64,000 nucleotides of DNA from Bacteroidota bacterium (lineage in GTDB: Bacteria; Bacteroidota; Bacteroidia; JAKFFM01), in the NCBI GenBank assembly GCA_036675075.1, contig JAKFFM010000048.1, positions 47 to 64,046 on the forward strand. The letters are read 5' to 3'. The notes under the pieces are model-generated. The model saw only the letters and a list, made by a program, of their open reading frames with translations. It was not told the DNA's origin and ran no database searches. A program made the translations under genes and the position numbers. Shown here piece by piece: positions 29,743-40,600 of the stretch; positions within the stretch are counted from its first letter, which is position 1; every line of letters starts with the position of its first letter.

Positions 29743-31212
29743 TTATGCGAGTAAAATATTCATTGGCCAGGTAAACCTCACCGTTGTTCCTTTTCCGGGC
29801 TCAGATTCCAGAATAATCGTGCCTTTTTGTTCTTCGATGATTTTTTTTACGATGGCAAGACCAACTCCTGTACTTTCAAATGCGTCGCGCTCTTTCAGCG
29901 TCTGGAAGATCATAAACACCTTTTCATGGTATTGCTTTTCAATCCCAGGTCCATCATCGGAAACTGCAAATTCGTAAAAGTCACCAAGATCTTTGAACGA
30001 GATGCTGATCTGCCCATTTTCCTTATCATGGTAGTTCACGGCATTGCTGATCAAATTGGAGAATACCTGCTCAAGCCGGATCTTTTCTGTTTTAAGCACC
30101 GGCATTCCGGGTTGTATTTCGATTTTAAATTTCGCAGGAACAAGGATTTCAGTAAGTTCCCGAAGGAGGGTTTCAACACTTACAGTTTCAATATTCTTCT
30201 TTACCCGTCCGATCTTTGCATATTCAAGTAGCCCGTTGATAAGATTCTCCAATCGCTTCGTCCTTCCTTTGATCAGATCAATATTCTTTTTAACAACAGG
30301 TGATATCTCATCGGGATGATCTTCTTCGAGCCATTTGATCAGGTTGTCGATACCTCGTAATGGAGCCTTTAAATCATGCGAAACTACATAGGCAAACTGA
30401 TCCAGCTCGCTGTTCTTTTTCCTGAGCTCCTTGAAATTCTTGTTCAATATTCCAGACATCTTATTGAGTGAATTCGAAAGCTGGTTCATTTCATCTTTAT
30501 TCTTATCCTCGATGGTAATGAAATTCCCTTTCGATATCTCTGAGGCGAAATCCGACATCACCTTGATACGACCGGTAATCAGCCTGATCAGGTACATTCC
30601 TGAAAGAAGCCCGATGATCACCGAGACGATATTCAGGAGGATGGAAATATTCCTTGTACGTGTAATGGAATTTTCAAGCCTGATCCGGCGCTCCTGTCTG
30701 ATCTCGTACTCACGTTTGTCGAACATGGAGAAGAAGACATTGATCCTGTCATTCATCTTTTTACCCACTTCCTTCTTGAGTTTCTTTTCGAAAAGCTCCT
30801 GGTATTTAAGTGAGGATATTGGCAAGGTATCCAGCTTGGTGGTAATAAGAGCATTGGAATACTTGATCCATGCGGTATGTAATTCAACAATTGAATCAAG
30901 GTATAAATTCCTGGATGCGCCATCAATGAGTGAACGTTGCTCCTTCAGTAATGGTGGCACTTTCCGCAATCCCTGGTAATAGGAATCAAGAAAACTTTTC
31001 TGCGACGTGAGGAGAAATCCCCGAAATCCGCTTTGCATTTCGATCATATACTTATGCAACAGGTTTGAATTCCTGATCACTGCTTCAGAATTGCTCAGGT
31101 ACTGGGAATTCCTGACGACTTCTTCAGACAACTGCTGATTGGCGATGAAGTCAATAACGAAAATGCTGATGACGATCAGAAAGCCTGAGAATAATTTTGA
31201 TCTGATTGTCAT
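29743..31212 (-). CDS. Sensor histidine kinase with an N-terminal CHASE3-like sensor, HisKA and HATPase_c domains
   Basis: H-box FAYVVSHDLKAPLRGI; N/G boxes ISNAVNYHDKEN, VSDDGPGIEKQYHEKVF and GVGLAIVKKIIEEQKG; two hydrophobic segments flank the N-terminal sensor. Confidence 0.8.
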   Translation of the reverse strand: MTIRSKLFSGFLIVISIFVIDFIANQQLSEEVVRNSQYLSNSEAVIRNSNLLHKYMIEMQSGFRGFLLTSQKSFLDSYYQGLRKVPPLLKEQRSLIDGASRNLYLDSIVELHTAWIKYSNALITTKLDTLPISSLKYQELFEKKLKKEVGKKMNDRINVFFSMFDKREYEIRQERRIRLENSITRTRNISILLNIVSVIIGLLSGMYLIRLITGRIKVMSDFASEISKGNFITIEDKNKDEMNQLSNSLNKMSGILNKNFKELRKKNSELDQFAYVVSHDLKAPLRGIDNLIKWLEEDHPDEISPVVKKNIDLIKGRTKRLENLINGLLEYAKIGRVKKNIETVSVETLLRELTEILVPAKFKIEIQPGMPVLKTEKIRLEQVFSNLISNAVNYHDKENGQISISFKDLGDFYEFAVSDDGPGIEKQYHEKVFMIFQTLKERDAFESTGVGLAIVKKIIEEQKGTIILESEPGKGTTVRFTWPMNILLA

Positions 31213-31434
31213 AGTAACTCAATGCACACTTTTTATGGATAACGATGGTTGAACAGAGCCAGTCTTGTTGGTTCCTGATCAAACCGATGCTCTAAAGCTA
31301 CTCAACATGAAGTAAAATTCTTTTGATAAATGTCAATTTTAATTGCACTCTAACGTGAGACAGAATATCTATCCGTACAAATACGCATCAGTGCTATTTC
31401 CTTCCTTGAGTTGAAATTCAACAGAAGCTGATGG

Positions 31435-31466
31435 AAAAAAAACAGGCAACCTGGTGGAGTTGCCTG
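31435..31466 (-). terminator. Rho-independent terminator downstream of gap
   Basis: On the minus strand: CAGGCAAC-TCCACCAG-GTTGCCTG followed by T8. Confidence 0.7.
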
Positions 31467-31478
31467 AAGTAAATCTGA

Positions 31479-32474
31479 TCAGCTGATCTTTCGGATAAGA
31501 TCGACGACCCTGGTCGAATAGCCGCTTTCATTGTCGTACCATCCGATCACTTTCACCATGTTTCCAACCACCGAAGTAAACTCAGGATCGAAGATGCATG
31601 AATGAGGATTATTGATAATATCCACAGAAACGATTGGATCTGTATTGTATTCCAGAATGCCTTTCATTTCGCCTTCCGCGGCTTTCCTGAATCCTTCGTT
31701 GATCTCTTCAACTGTCACAGGCTTTTTAAGTACACAGGTGATATCTGTGAGTGATCCGTCAGGGACAGGCACTCGCATTCCGCAGCCACCAAGCTTTCCT
31801 TCAAGGTGCGGGAAGATCCGTGTGATCGCTTTTGCTGCTCCTGTCGATGTCGGTACAATGGATAATGCGGCTGCTCTCGCCCTGCGAAGATCTTTATGCG
31901 GCGCATCATGTAACCGCTGATCTCCTGTATAGCTGTGCACGGTTGTTATATATCCATCTTCCACTTCCCAGTTATCATCAAGGATCTTGATCATCGGAGC
32001 TGCACAGTTTGTTGTACATGAGGCATTGGATATAATGATCTCCGATCCGTCAAGTATATGTTCATTTACACCAAGCACGATGGCCTTGATATCCGAACCT
32101 TTAGATGGTGCAGAAATAATTACTTTTTTCGCACCTGCCTGAATGTGCTTCATGTTGGCATCTCTGTCGAGGAAATGTCCAGTTGATTCAACAACGATAT
32201 CAATATCAAGATCTTTCCATGGCAGATTTGCAGGATCTTTTTCAGCGAATACTTTCACATGATTCCCATCGATAACGATCTCTTTTTCAGTGGAGCTGAT
32301 CTGGCCATCCAGGCGGCCGTGTACTGAATCATATTTATATAGATGCGCAAGCGTAGCCGGATCCGTGAGATCATTGATCGCAACAAGCTCCATATCACTT
32401 CTTGTCGCGATGATCCTCCCGGTTATGCGTCCGATTCTCCCGAACCCATTGATTGCAATTCTGATCTTTTTCAT
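31479..32474 (-). CDS. gap: Glyceraldehyde-3-phosphate dehydrogenase (type I)
   Basis: MKKIRIAINGFGRIGR (Rossmann NAD motif). Active-site SCTTNCAAP. The start is taken at MKKIRIA (32474). Confidence 0.9.
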   Translation of the reverse strand: MKKIRIAINGFGRIGRITGRIIATRSDMELVAINDLTDPATLAHLYKYDSVHGRLDGQISSTEKEIVIDGNHVKVFAEKDPANLPWKDLDIDIVVESTGHFLDRDANMKHIQAGAKKVIISAPSKGSDIKAIVLGVNEHILDGSEIIISNASCTTNCAAPMIKILDDNWEVEDGYITTVHSYTGDQRLHDAPHKDLRRARAAALSIVPTSTGAAKAITRIFPHLEGKLGGCGMRVPVPDGSLTDITCVLKKPVTVEEINEGFRKAAEGEMKGILEYNTDPIVSVDIINNPHSCIFDPEFTSVVGNMVKVIGWYDNESGYSTRVVDLIRKIS

Positions 32475-32496
32475 AGTTTTTATTAAAGTAAGTATC

Positions 32497-32530
32497 AAAA
32501 AAAACCCTTCCATTTTGCGGAAGGGTTTTT
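32497..32530 (-). terminator. Rho-independent terminator downstream of the 960-aa BNR-repeat gene
   Basis: A8-CCCTTCC-ATTTTGC-GGAAGGG-T5. On the minus strand the hairpin is followed by T8. Confidence 0.7.
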
Positions 32531-32551
32531 AATTTTTCATGAACCGTTTGG

Positions 32552-35434
32552 TTACTTTATCACGATAAATTTCGATGTGCCTTCACTTGCACCGGATACC
32601 TTAACAATATAGGTACCGTTTGCAAACTGATCTGTTTCGAGGCTCCAGATATTCTTACCTGCCTGAACATCTTTCATCGTTCTTTCATATACCAGTCGGC
32701 CATTCAGGCTGAAGATCCTGATCATCGCTTCACCTTTCTGCTTCGCAGTAAAGCTTAGTGTTGCTGATTCAACAACCGGGTTCGGGAATACCGTTACACT
32801 TACAGTAGATTTCACTTCAGGAGCATTGTCCCTGATACCTACGAAAGAGTTTGTTCTCCAAACACCGCGACCATGCGTACCAGCATAGATCACACCTGTG
32901 TTATTTACAAACCAGTCTGTGTGTGTCTGCTGACGAAGAGCAAATACCGGTACTGTCGGGAATCCTGTATTCTGTGCTACCCATGTAGGTGTTGCAGATG
33001 TCAACGCGTCTTCTGAACTCCATACTCCGTATTCAGTACCTACAAGCACAGTACCTGTAAGGTAATCAATCACTGATGAGTAAGTTGGAATTGTTGGAAG
33101 TGCGTTTGTTGTTCCCTGAACAGATGTCCAGCTTGCAAGAGTTCCGCTGACAGCAGCAGTTGTCGCGCTGGTATGACGGTAAACATAAGCTGTCTGACCA
33201 TAGTTACCGAACGTTACAATTACATTGTCAGAGTTTCTCGGATCAACAGAGATGCTTGTCACAGCTCTGCTGCCTGAGGCCGCACCGATCTGTGTACATG
33301 TAACCTGTGATCTTACATTTCCGATTTCACCTGTAAGTGTATCTGTTGCGCTGATCGTGCTCAGGTTGCTGATACGGTAAACTCTTCCACTTTCAGTTCC
33401 TACGAAAAGGTGATCACCATCATTAGAGAAAGCAAAGCACTGAACTGTTCCAAGGAATGCACTTGGCTTTGCAACACTGCTTGAAGCTACTCTTGCCCAT
33501 CCTGGTGTAGTTGAGAAATCAAGAGCACCTTTAGTCAGGTAAACTGAATTCGTTATACCGTAGGCAAATTTGGTCTGGATATAATCCCTTACTCTGATCG
33601 TCTGACCTGAATCCAGGTTAGAAGATAATGTATAAGATAAAGGAAGGTTGCTGGTGCGGCTCTTAGGAGCAATCAGTTCGCCTGCCAGGTAGTCACGGTC
33701 AGCGATGAAGTTCACAGAATCTGTAATATTAAGTGAATCATTCGCGCTTTCCCAAAGTCTGATCGGAGTTACGAAGCTTGCAAATCCGGGACTACCGATA
33801 CCAGCACCGCTTATCGTCAGGTTTTGGATACGTGCGCTAAAGAATTCAGATCCAGCTCCGCTCATACGCGTAGGTCTTCTTGTAAGCTGACCATAATAAA
33901 CTGTCTGGAACGTTACTTCTTCATTCAGGTAAGAGATCTCTGCCTGTCCACCGTCACCACCAGTGATCTCGTAAGCCACCTGTGATCCTGTTCCAAAAGT
34001 TGGAATGTACTGTGTACCGTTATCCTGAGTTCCACCAAGCACTTCACCCAGGTTGCTGAATGCTACCGAATAGAACTGCGTTACGTTGTAACCCTGGTTT
34101 CTGTTATAGAAAGATGTACCACCATCAGTTGAACGGAATACACCTCCATCATTTCCGATGTAGAATGTGTTCGCCAGAGTTGGATGGAATTTGATGTCGT
34201 GAATATCAGCGTGAACATATTTTGGATCCGCTGAGTAGGTGTACCATCTTGAAAGCTTCGTCCATGTAGTAGAAGCTGACCATGAATAAAGATCAAGTCC
34301 ACCAACAAGGATTCTGTTTTTGTCGTTTGGATCAACAGCAATGGCATTCGCGAAAGAGCCCTGCTGGCCAAGTGGGTTGAATGTTGAGCTTCCACCTGGT
34401 CCGATCACCTGCCATGTAGAACCTTTGTTCACTGACCTGTAGATTCCCTTTGTAGATCCGTTAGACGAAGCTACAGAACAGTAGATGTAGTTAGGATCAG
34501 ATGCTGCGAAAACTGATTCGTAACGAGCCTGGCTTTTTGGTAAGCTGTCTGCACCGTTTGATGTAATGACAACAAAGCTTCCCGGATTTCCAGTAGATGA
34601 CATGTAAACACCAGAACCAATGCTGGCGATCACTGTACCATCAGAAGCTACGTCAACATCGGCTGAGAAAGATCCAAGTGTGAAAGCTCCTATCCATGTT
34701 GCACCACCATCGTCAGAGATCTGAAGTCCTTTGTTGGTAGCAGCATATACACGCTGACTGTTCAATGGATTTACTGCCAACTCATTTACTGCAGCCCATG
34801 CGGCGATGTTACTGTTTGATGATGATGGAACAGTAGATGGAAGAACCGTGAATGATGAACCTCCGTCAGTGCTCTTGTAAACACCTTTTCCAATGACACC
34901 ACCTGCACCTGTACCATACTGTGCATACAAACCTTCACCGGTACCAACATAAATATCACCGTTAGGTCCCTGCGCTATGGCAGATACCGCGATGTTATCC
35001 ATCTGGTCGAATACTTTGGTCCAGCTTTGTCCACCATTGGTTGATTTCCAAAGTCCACCGGCAACTCCACCTGCAAAGATTTTATTGTTATCGTTCTTAT
35101 CAAAAAGGATCGCCCGTGTACGTCCTCCGACATTCGAAGGGCCCATCTCAATCCAGTTTACTGCAGCTGCTGTACGGCTGTTGGATCTCTTCAAAGCTTT
35201 AGCTACTTCTTCTTCAGCTTTAAGAACATCTTCAACGTCAATACGTCCTGTAGCAGGATTCTTTTTGATGTTCATATAGAACTCAAGGGCACCGTCAATT
35301 CCTTTTTTCTCTCCTTTTTCTTTCTTTGAAAGAACAGTAGAACTGTCGGTACCTGTCCATGATGGCACGAGCAAAAATGCGCTGCCCGCCACCGCGACAC
35401 CAAGACCAAAAAGAAGTAGCTTTTTATTTTTCAT
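32552..35434 (-). CDS. BNR/Asp-box repeat (sialidase / GH74 / sortilin-like beta-propeller) secreted protein with a T9SS C-terminal domain, 960 aa
   Basis: Signal peptide. Multiple S-x-D-G-G-x-(T/S)-(W/F) Asp-boxes (STNGGQSW, STDGGSSF, SDDGGATW, SVNKGSTWQ, STDGGTSF). The C-terminus ...VFPNPVVESATLSFTAKQKGEAMIRIFSLNGRLVYERTM...GTYIVKV is a T9SS CTD. Confidence 0.7.
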   Translation of the reverse strand: MKNKKLLLFGLGVAVAGSAFLLVPSWTGTDSSTVLSKKEKGEKKGIDGALEFYMNIKKNPATGRIDVEDVLKAEEEVAKALKRSNSRTAAAVNWIEMGPSNVGGRTRAILFDKNDNNKIFAGGVAGGLWKSTNGGQSWTKVFDQMDNIAVSAIAQGPNGDIYVGTGEGLYAQYGTGAGGVIGKGVYKSTDGGSSFTVLPSTVPSSSNSNIAAWAAVNELAVNPLNSQRVYAATNKGLQISDDGGATWIGAFTLGSFSADVDVASDGTVIASIGSGVYMSSTGNPGSFVVITSNGADSLPKSQARYESVFAASDPNYIYCSVASSNGSTKGIYRSVNKGSTWQVIGPGGSSTFNPLGQQGSFANAIAVDPNDKNRILVGGLDLYSWSASTTWTKLSRWYTYSADPKYVHADIHDIKFHPTLANTFYIGNDGGVFRSTDGGTSFYNRNQGYNVTQFYSVAFSNLGEVLGGTQDNGTQYIPTFGTGSQVAYEITGGDGGQAEISYLNEEVTFQTVYYGQLTRRPTRMSGAGSEFFSARIQNLTISGAGIGSPGFASFVTPIRLWESANDSLNITDSVNFIADRDYLAGELIAPKSRTSNLPLSYTLSSNLDSGQTIRVRDYIQTKFAYGITNSVYLTKGALDFSTTPGWARVASSSVAKPSAFLGTVQCFAFSNDGDHLFVGTESGRVYRISNLSTISATDTLTGEIGNVRSQVTCTQIGAASGSRAVTSISVDPRNSDNVIVTFGNYGQTAYVYRHTSATTAAVSGTLASWTSVQGTTNALPTIPTYSSVIDYLTGTVLVGTEYGVWSSEDALTSATPTWVAQNTGFPTVPVFALRQQTHTDWFVNNTGVIYAGTHGRGVWRTNSFVGIRDNAPEVKSTVSVTVFPNPVVESATLSFTAKQKGEAMIRIFSLNGRLVYERTMKDVQAGKNIWSLETDQFANGTYIVKVSGASEGTSKFIVIK

Positions 35435-35532
35435 GTGATGTAAAAATTACTTTCTGTGAATCTGAAAATTTGGGAATACTAATTAACGAAAAATTATTGT
35501 AAAAAAAGGGTCGGATTGGGTATTTTTTTTAC

Positions 35533-36414
35533 CTAAAAAAGGTGTTTCTCTGCATGATAGGATGATCTCACCAGAGGGCCGCTTTCTACAAACCTGAATC
35601 CCTTCTTCAGGGCGATGACTTTGTACTCAGCAAACTTTTCAGGCCTGATGAACTCAACCACCGGCAAATGCTGCATCGTAGGCTGAAGGTACTGACCAAG
35701 TGTAAGGATATCTACTCCTACAGATCTCAGGTCATCCATCGATTCAATGATCTCTTCTTCCTTTTCGCCAAGGCCAAGCATGATCCCTGATTTCGTTTTC
35801 AATCCTGCATCCTTTAGTCTTTTCAGAACTTCAAGGGATCTGTCATATTTAGCTTGTATCCTTACCTGCTTTGTTAGCCTCCTCACTGTTTCAAGGTTAT
35901 GTGAGACTATCTCTGGCCTCACAGCGATCACGCGTTCCAGGTTTTCCCATTTCCCCTGAAAATCGGGGATCAATGTTTCAAGCGTGGTACCAGGTGCTTC
36001 TTTCCTGATCTCATTCACAGTTTCAGCCCATATCCTGGATCCTCCATCTTTCAGGTCATCTCTGTCAACAGAAGTGATCACACAATGCTTAACTTTCATC
36101 AACTTGACTGATTCTGCCACCCGTTTCGGTTCCTGCAGATCAGCCGGAAGAGGACGCCCTGTGGCCACTGCGCAGAATCCGCATGATCTTGTACAGATGT
36201 TACCAAGGATCATGAAGGTTGCTGTTCCAGCTCCCCAGCACTCACCCATATTCGGACAGTTTCCACTTTCGCAGATCGTATGGAGCTTATGGGTGTCCAC
36301 AAGCTGCCTGACGTGAAGATATTCTTTACCTGTTGGAAGTTTTACTCGTAACCAGTCTGGTTTTTTAAATCGTACGGCTGGCTCGGCTTTTTCATCAAAA
36401 CCACTTTCGGCCAT
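35533..36414 (-). CDS. lipA: Lipoyl synthase
   Basis: [14 protein letters not shown] (auxiliary cluster) and [10 protein letters not shown] (radical-SAM CxxxCxxC). Confidence 0.9.
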   Translation of the reverse strand: MAESGFDEKAEPAVRFKKPDWLRVKLPTGKEYLHVRQLVDTHKLHTICESGNCPNMGECWGAGTATFMILGNICTRSCGFCAVATGRPLPADLQEPKRVAESVKLMKVKHCVITSVDRDDLKDGGSRIWAETVNEIRKEAPGTTLETLIPDFQGKWENLERVIAVRPEIVSHNLETVRRLTKQVRIQAKYDRSLEVLKRLKDAGLKTKSGIMLGLGEKEEEIIESMDDLRSVGVDILTLGQYLQPTMQHLPVVEFIRPEKFAEYKVIALKKGFRFVESGPLVRSSYHAEKHLF

Positions 36415-37138
36415 AATGCAAAGAGAGATATAAGGTTATAAAAAATGGCTTGTTATGGTCGTTGGCCATCACTGGCACTCTCGACGGATACAGGTCAAAC
36501 ACAACACCTGTTTCAATAGCACGGATCGACTCATCATCGCCTGCATGCTCCACACTCAGTCCTAATTTGGCAAAACCGCCCGGATGTATTCTTAACTCAT
36601 CAAGCCCCCGTGAAAATGGAGCTTTGCCATAAATGTTATCTACAAAATGTGCATCCGGATCATATCGTTCGATGGTTCGGTCATACTCAAAAGGAACAAA
36701 TGTAGGTGTAAGGATCACCAGGTAAACAGGTTTGGCCAGGGCAAGTGAAGGACCGGCCATATAGTTAATGCTTACTTCAACAGCACCTTTGTTTTCTTTT
36801 GCATAAAGTACATTCTGGAAGCCAATGCCCGGACGAAGAATCCCTAATGAATTCAGCTTTCCGTAAACATAGCCTCTTGAATTGTCGAAGAACTGATTCT
36901 GAACTTTAATTTCCTTCGGACTTTTCATTCCTGCGAAACCAACTTCATAGATCAGCTTTCTGGTACCTGTAACATGGGTTCCGCGTCGGTAGTCAAAACC
37001 AAAACCGCGTGTATGTAGGGTGGGAGCGAATGATGCCTGGTATTTATATTGCAATTTAGCCTTACCCGCTTCAACTTGTTGTGCAGAAGCTGAAACAGTG
37101 AACAATGACAACAGAAATATTCCGAATAAAATCCGCAT
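36395..37138 (-). CDS. Hypothetical outer-membrane beta-barrel protein (~245 aa)
   Basis: Signal peptide [21 protein letters not shown] (start taken at 37138). Alternating amphipathic strands. C-terminal ...HYGRKWF ends in Phe. Confidence 0.5.
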   Translation of the reverse strand: MRILFGIFLLSLFTVSASAQQVEAGKAKLQYKYQASFAPTLHTRGFGFDYRRGTHVTGTRKLIYEVGFAGMKSPKEIKVQNQFFDNSRGYVYGKLNSLGILRPGIGFQNVLYAKENKGAVEVSINYMAGPSLALAKPVYLVILTPTFVPFEYDRTIERYDPDAHFVDNIYGKAPFSRGLDELRIHPGGFAKLGLSVEHAGDDESIRAIETGVVFDLYPSRVPVMANDHNKPFFITLYLSLHYGRKWF

Positions 37139-37191
37139 GAACACTAAAACAAAGATAGGAATTAAATATTGCTTTTGGCTAATTTTGTTCC

Positions 37192-37605
37192 ATGTCAACA
37201 GCTGAGATTACCTATACCAAAGAACTACGTACAGAAGCCATTCATACTGCTTCGGGAACAACGATCATTACTGATGCTCCTAAGGATAACCACGGAAAGG
37301 GTGAAGCATTTTCTCCCACAGATCTGATGTCATCTTCCCTTGCTTCCTGCATGCTTACCATTGTCGGAATCCTTGCTAAGAATTATGAATTTTCAATTGA
37401 TGGAACAAGAGCCATTGTAACTAAGGTTATGGCAGCTAATCCACGCAGGGTTTCAGAGATCCATATCGAGCTTCATTTTCCGAACACCATCAATTATACA
37501 GATAAGCAAAAAGTGATGATAGAAAATGCGGCACGTACATGCCCGGTAGCATTGAGCCTGCATCCTGATATCAGACAGGAGATCTCTTTTAATTTCCCGG
37601 GATAA
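37192..37605 (+). CDS. OsmC/Ohr-family peroxiredoxin-like protein
   Basis: 137 aa. Two conserved Cys, in SLASCMLT and ARTCPVA, at the spacing typical of OsmC. Confidence 0.7.
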   Translation: MSTAEITYTKELRTEAIHTASGTTIITDAPKDNHGKGEAFSPTDLMSSSLASCMLTIVGILAKNYEFSIDGTRAIVTKVMAANPRRVSEIHIELHFPNTINYTDKQKVMIENAARTCPVALSLHPDIRQEISFNFPG

Positions 37606-37629
37606 GGTTTCAATTTGTAATTTTATTCA

Positions 37630-40600
37630 ATGCGCAACATGAACTGGCTCTGGAGCCTGGTCCTTGTCCTGATATTTCATGAATCGGCCAGGAGCCAAAA
37701 CCTTGTATTAAATCCCAGCTTCGAGAATGTAAACATCTCAAGCCTTCAATGTTCCTGGTACACCTCCGCGGCCCAGTTCAACAATGCGATTAACAATTGG
37801 ACCTGTCCTACCGGCGGTTCAACAGATATCTATCATACCAGTCTTGCAACTTCATGCTTCAGCAGTCCTAATTCAACAAATGGTTCGGCTGTCGGAACTC
37901 AAAATCCAAGGACAGGAAATGCATTCGTCAACCTTGTCACCTACGGAAACGGAGGATGTACTCCGTACAGGGAATATGTTCAGGGCAGATTAAGCACACC
38001 GCTTGTTGCAGGACAAACCTACCAGATTGAAATGTATGTGACCCTGGCTGACTACAGCAACAAAGGCACAAACAATATTGGTGTAAAGTTTACTTCCGCG
38101 CCTGTCACCTCATCCAGCATGTGTGTTTACAGTGCAACTCCAGATGTGAATTACACCGGGCCTATCATTATAGATAAAACAAACTGGACACTCATTTCAT
38201 GGTGCTTCACTCCTACTGTTTCCAATCTTGAGTACCTGATGATCGGAAACTTTTATGATGACGCCGCAACGAGCACTGTCGCAACGGGCGGTTCACAAAC
38301 CACGATCCGGTATTTCCTCGATGATGTGAGTGTGACTCCGGCCACTGGCAGCAGTGTGAACCCCGGAACGAACGGAACACTGTCTGTATGCACCGGTGCA
38401 TCATCTGTTGATCTGTTCACGCTTCTTGGTGGCACACCTGATACAGGCGGGTCATGGAGCGGTCCATCCGTTCTTCCTGGCGGATATCTTGGGACTTACG
38501 ATCCTTCTGTTCATGCACAGGGAACCTATACATATACTGTAGGATCTGTTGTTTGTGGAAATCCAACAACAGCAACAGCAACGGTAACGGTAACCTTTAA
38601 CACAAGCACCTCAGCGACGATTGATCCTGCAGGACCATTCTGTGAAAGTGCTTCATCAACACAGTTAACAGCAGCTAATCCTGGAGGAACCTGGAGTGCA
38701 ACATGTGCTACCTGCATCACTTCTTCAGGTGTATTCGATCCTTCATCTGCTGGCCAGGGTGTGCATCAGATCACATACATCACTCCCGGCGCCTGTGGTG
38801 ATACGGGTGTCTATAACATCTCTGTTACATCAAATCTCGATGCGACCATTGGAAATGTGGCGCCGTTGTGTCAGACTGCATCCGCGGTTACCTTGAACCC
38901 TGCCAATCCAGGAGGATCATGGGATGCAGCGTGTGGTTCATGTATCTCTTCAACGGGAGTGTTTGATCCTTCTGCGTTAAGTCCGGGAGTTTACTGGGTG
39001 AGCTATACAATTTCGGGAACATGCGGCGATATTGATTCAACCGAAATTGAGATCCTTGCACCGGTTGATCCTACGATACAGGCAGTATCACCTGTCTGCA
39101 GTTCCTCACTGCCACTGGTGCTTACAGCAAATGATCCAGGCGGTGTATGGGGAGCGAGCTGCGGATCATGTATCAACTCAGCCAATGGAACATTCGATCC
39201 TTCTCTTGCAGGAACAGGCACACATACCGTAAGTTATTCCATAGCTGGACAGTGCGGCTCCACAGACACCGAGCAGATCACTGTTATGCCTCAGCGGGAT
39301 GCCACCATCAACCAGCCATCGGCATTCTGTGTGAATGACAACGCAACAGTCATCTCATCCCTGGAATCAGGTGGTGTATGGAGCGCGTCATGTGGTGCAT
39401 GTATAGGAACCAATGGAGAATTTACACCTTCAGCTGCGGACACAGGATCGCACTGGGTGATATACTCCATTGCGGGAACATGCGGAGATATTGATTCGGT
39501 CCAGGTACAAGTGATGCCTCAGGAAAATTCAACCATCACTCCTGTATCATCACTTTGTTTATCATCCCCTCCGATACAGCTTAATGCCGCAACAACCGGT
39601 GGATCCTGGAATGCGAGCTGCGGAAGCTGTATAGATGCTATAACTGGAGAGTTCGATCCTGCTGTTGCCGGTGCAGGAACACATACCGTAACTTATGCAA
39701 TTGCCGGCCAATGCGGATCCTCAGATATGGAAACAGTGACCGTGACATCAACGCTCGACGCGACGATCACACCTGTAGCTCCGGTATGCATTACAGGTTC
39801 ATCAGTATCCATGACAGCGAATGACCCGGGTGGTGTGTGGTCGGCTACATGCGGTGCCTGCATTTCGTCAAGTGGTGTGTTCGATCCTTCAGTTGCTGCA
39901 GCGGGTGTTCATACGATAACCTACAGCCTGAATGGAATATGCGGTGACACAGCATCAACCCAGCTGGAAGTTACCCAACCTGCAGACGCAACGATCAATC
40001 CGGTATCTTCATTATGTCCTGAAGGATTACCCGTAACGCTTACAGCAGCAACATCCGGCGGTACATGGACAGGTCCGGGGATCACCAACGCTAGCAGCGG
40101 CAGCTTCGACCCGACAATTGCGGGCAGCGGAATGCATGACATCATTTACACATTAGCAGGAAACTGCGGAAATGCAGATACAATTTCCATTAATGTGATC
40201 ACCGCAGTATCGATCAGTGCAAGTTCAGACATCTCTGTATGTGAAGGTGTTTCATCCACACTGCAGGTCATTGCACAGGGTGGCGATGGAGCATATACCT
40301 ATACATGGCAGGACCAGTCTGGAAACGTGATTGGAAACACACAGCTTGTGAGTGTAACATCAGGAGCTTCATCCATTTATAATGTCACCGTGCAGGATGG
40401 ATGCAGTTCATCAGCCACTTCTTCGATCACTGTTAATGTCACTCCAACGCCGGACGCTTCTTTTACAGCCTCACCACTCAGCGGTTGTGTTCCGCTTACA
40501 GTGAACATGACAGGTTCGAATTTCTACTCTGGTTCATGCGCATGGGTGCTCAGCAATGGTGAAACGATGACAGACTGCAATTCATCAAGCTATACGTTTG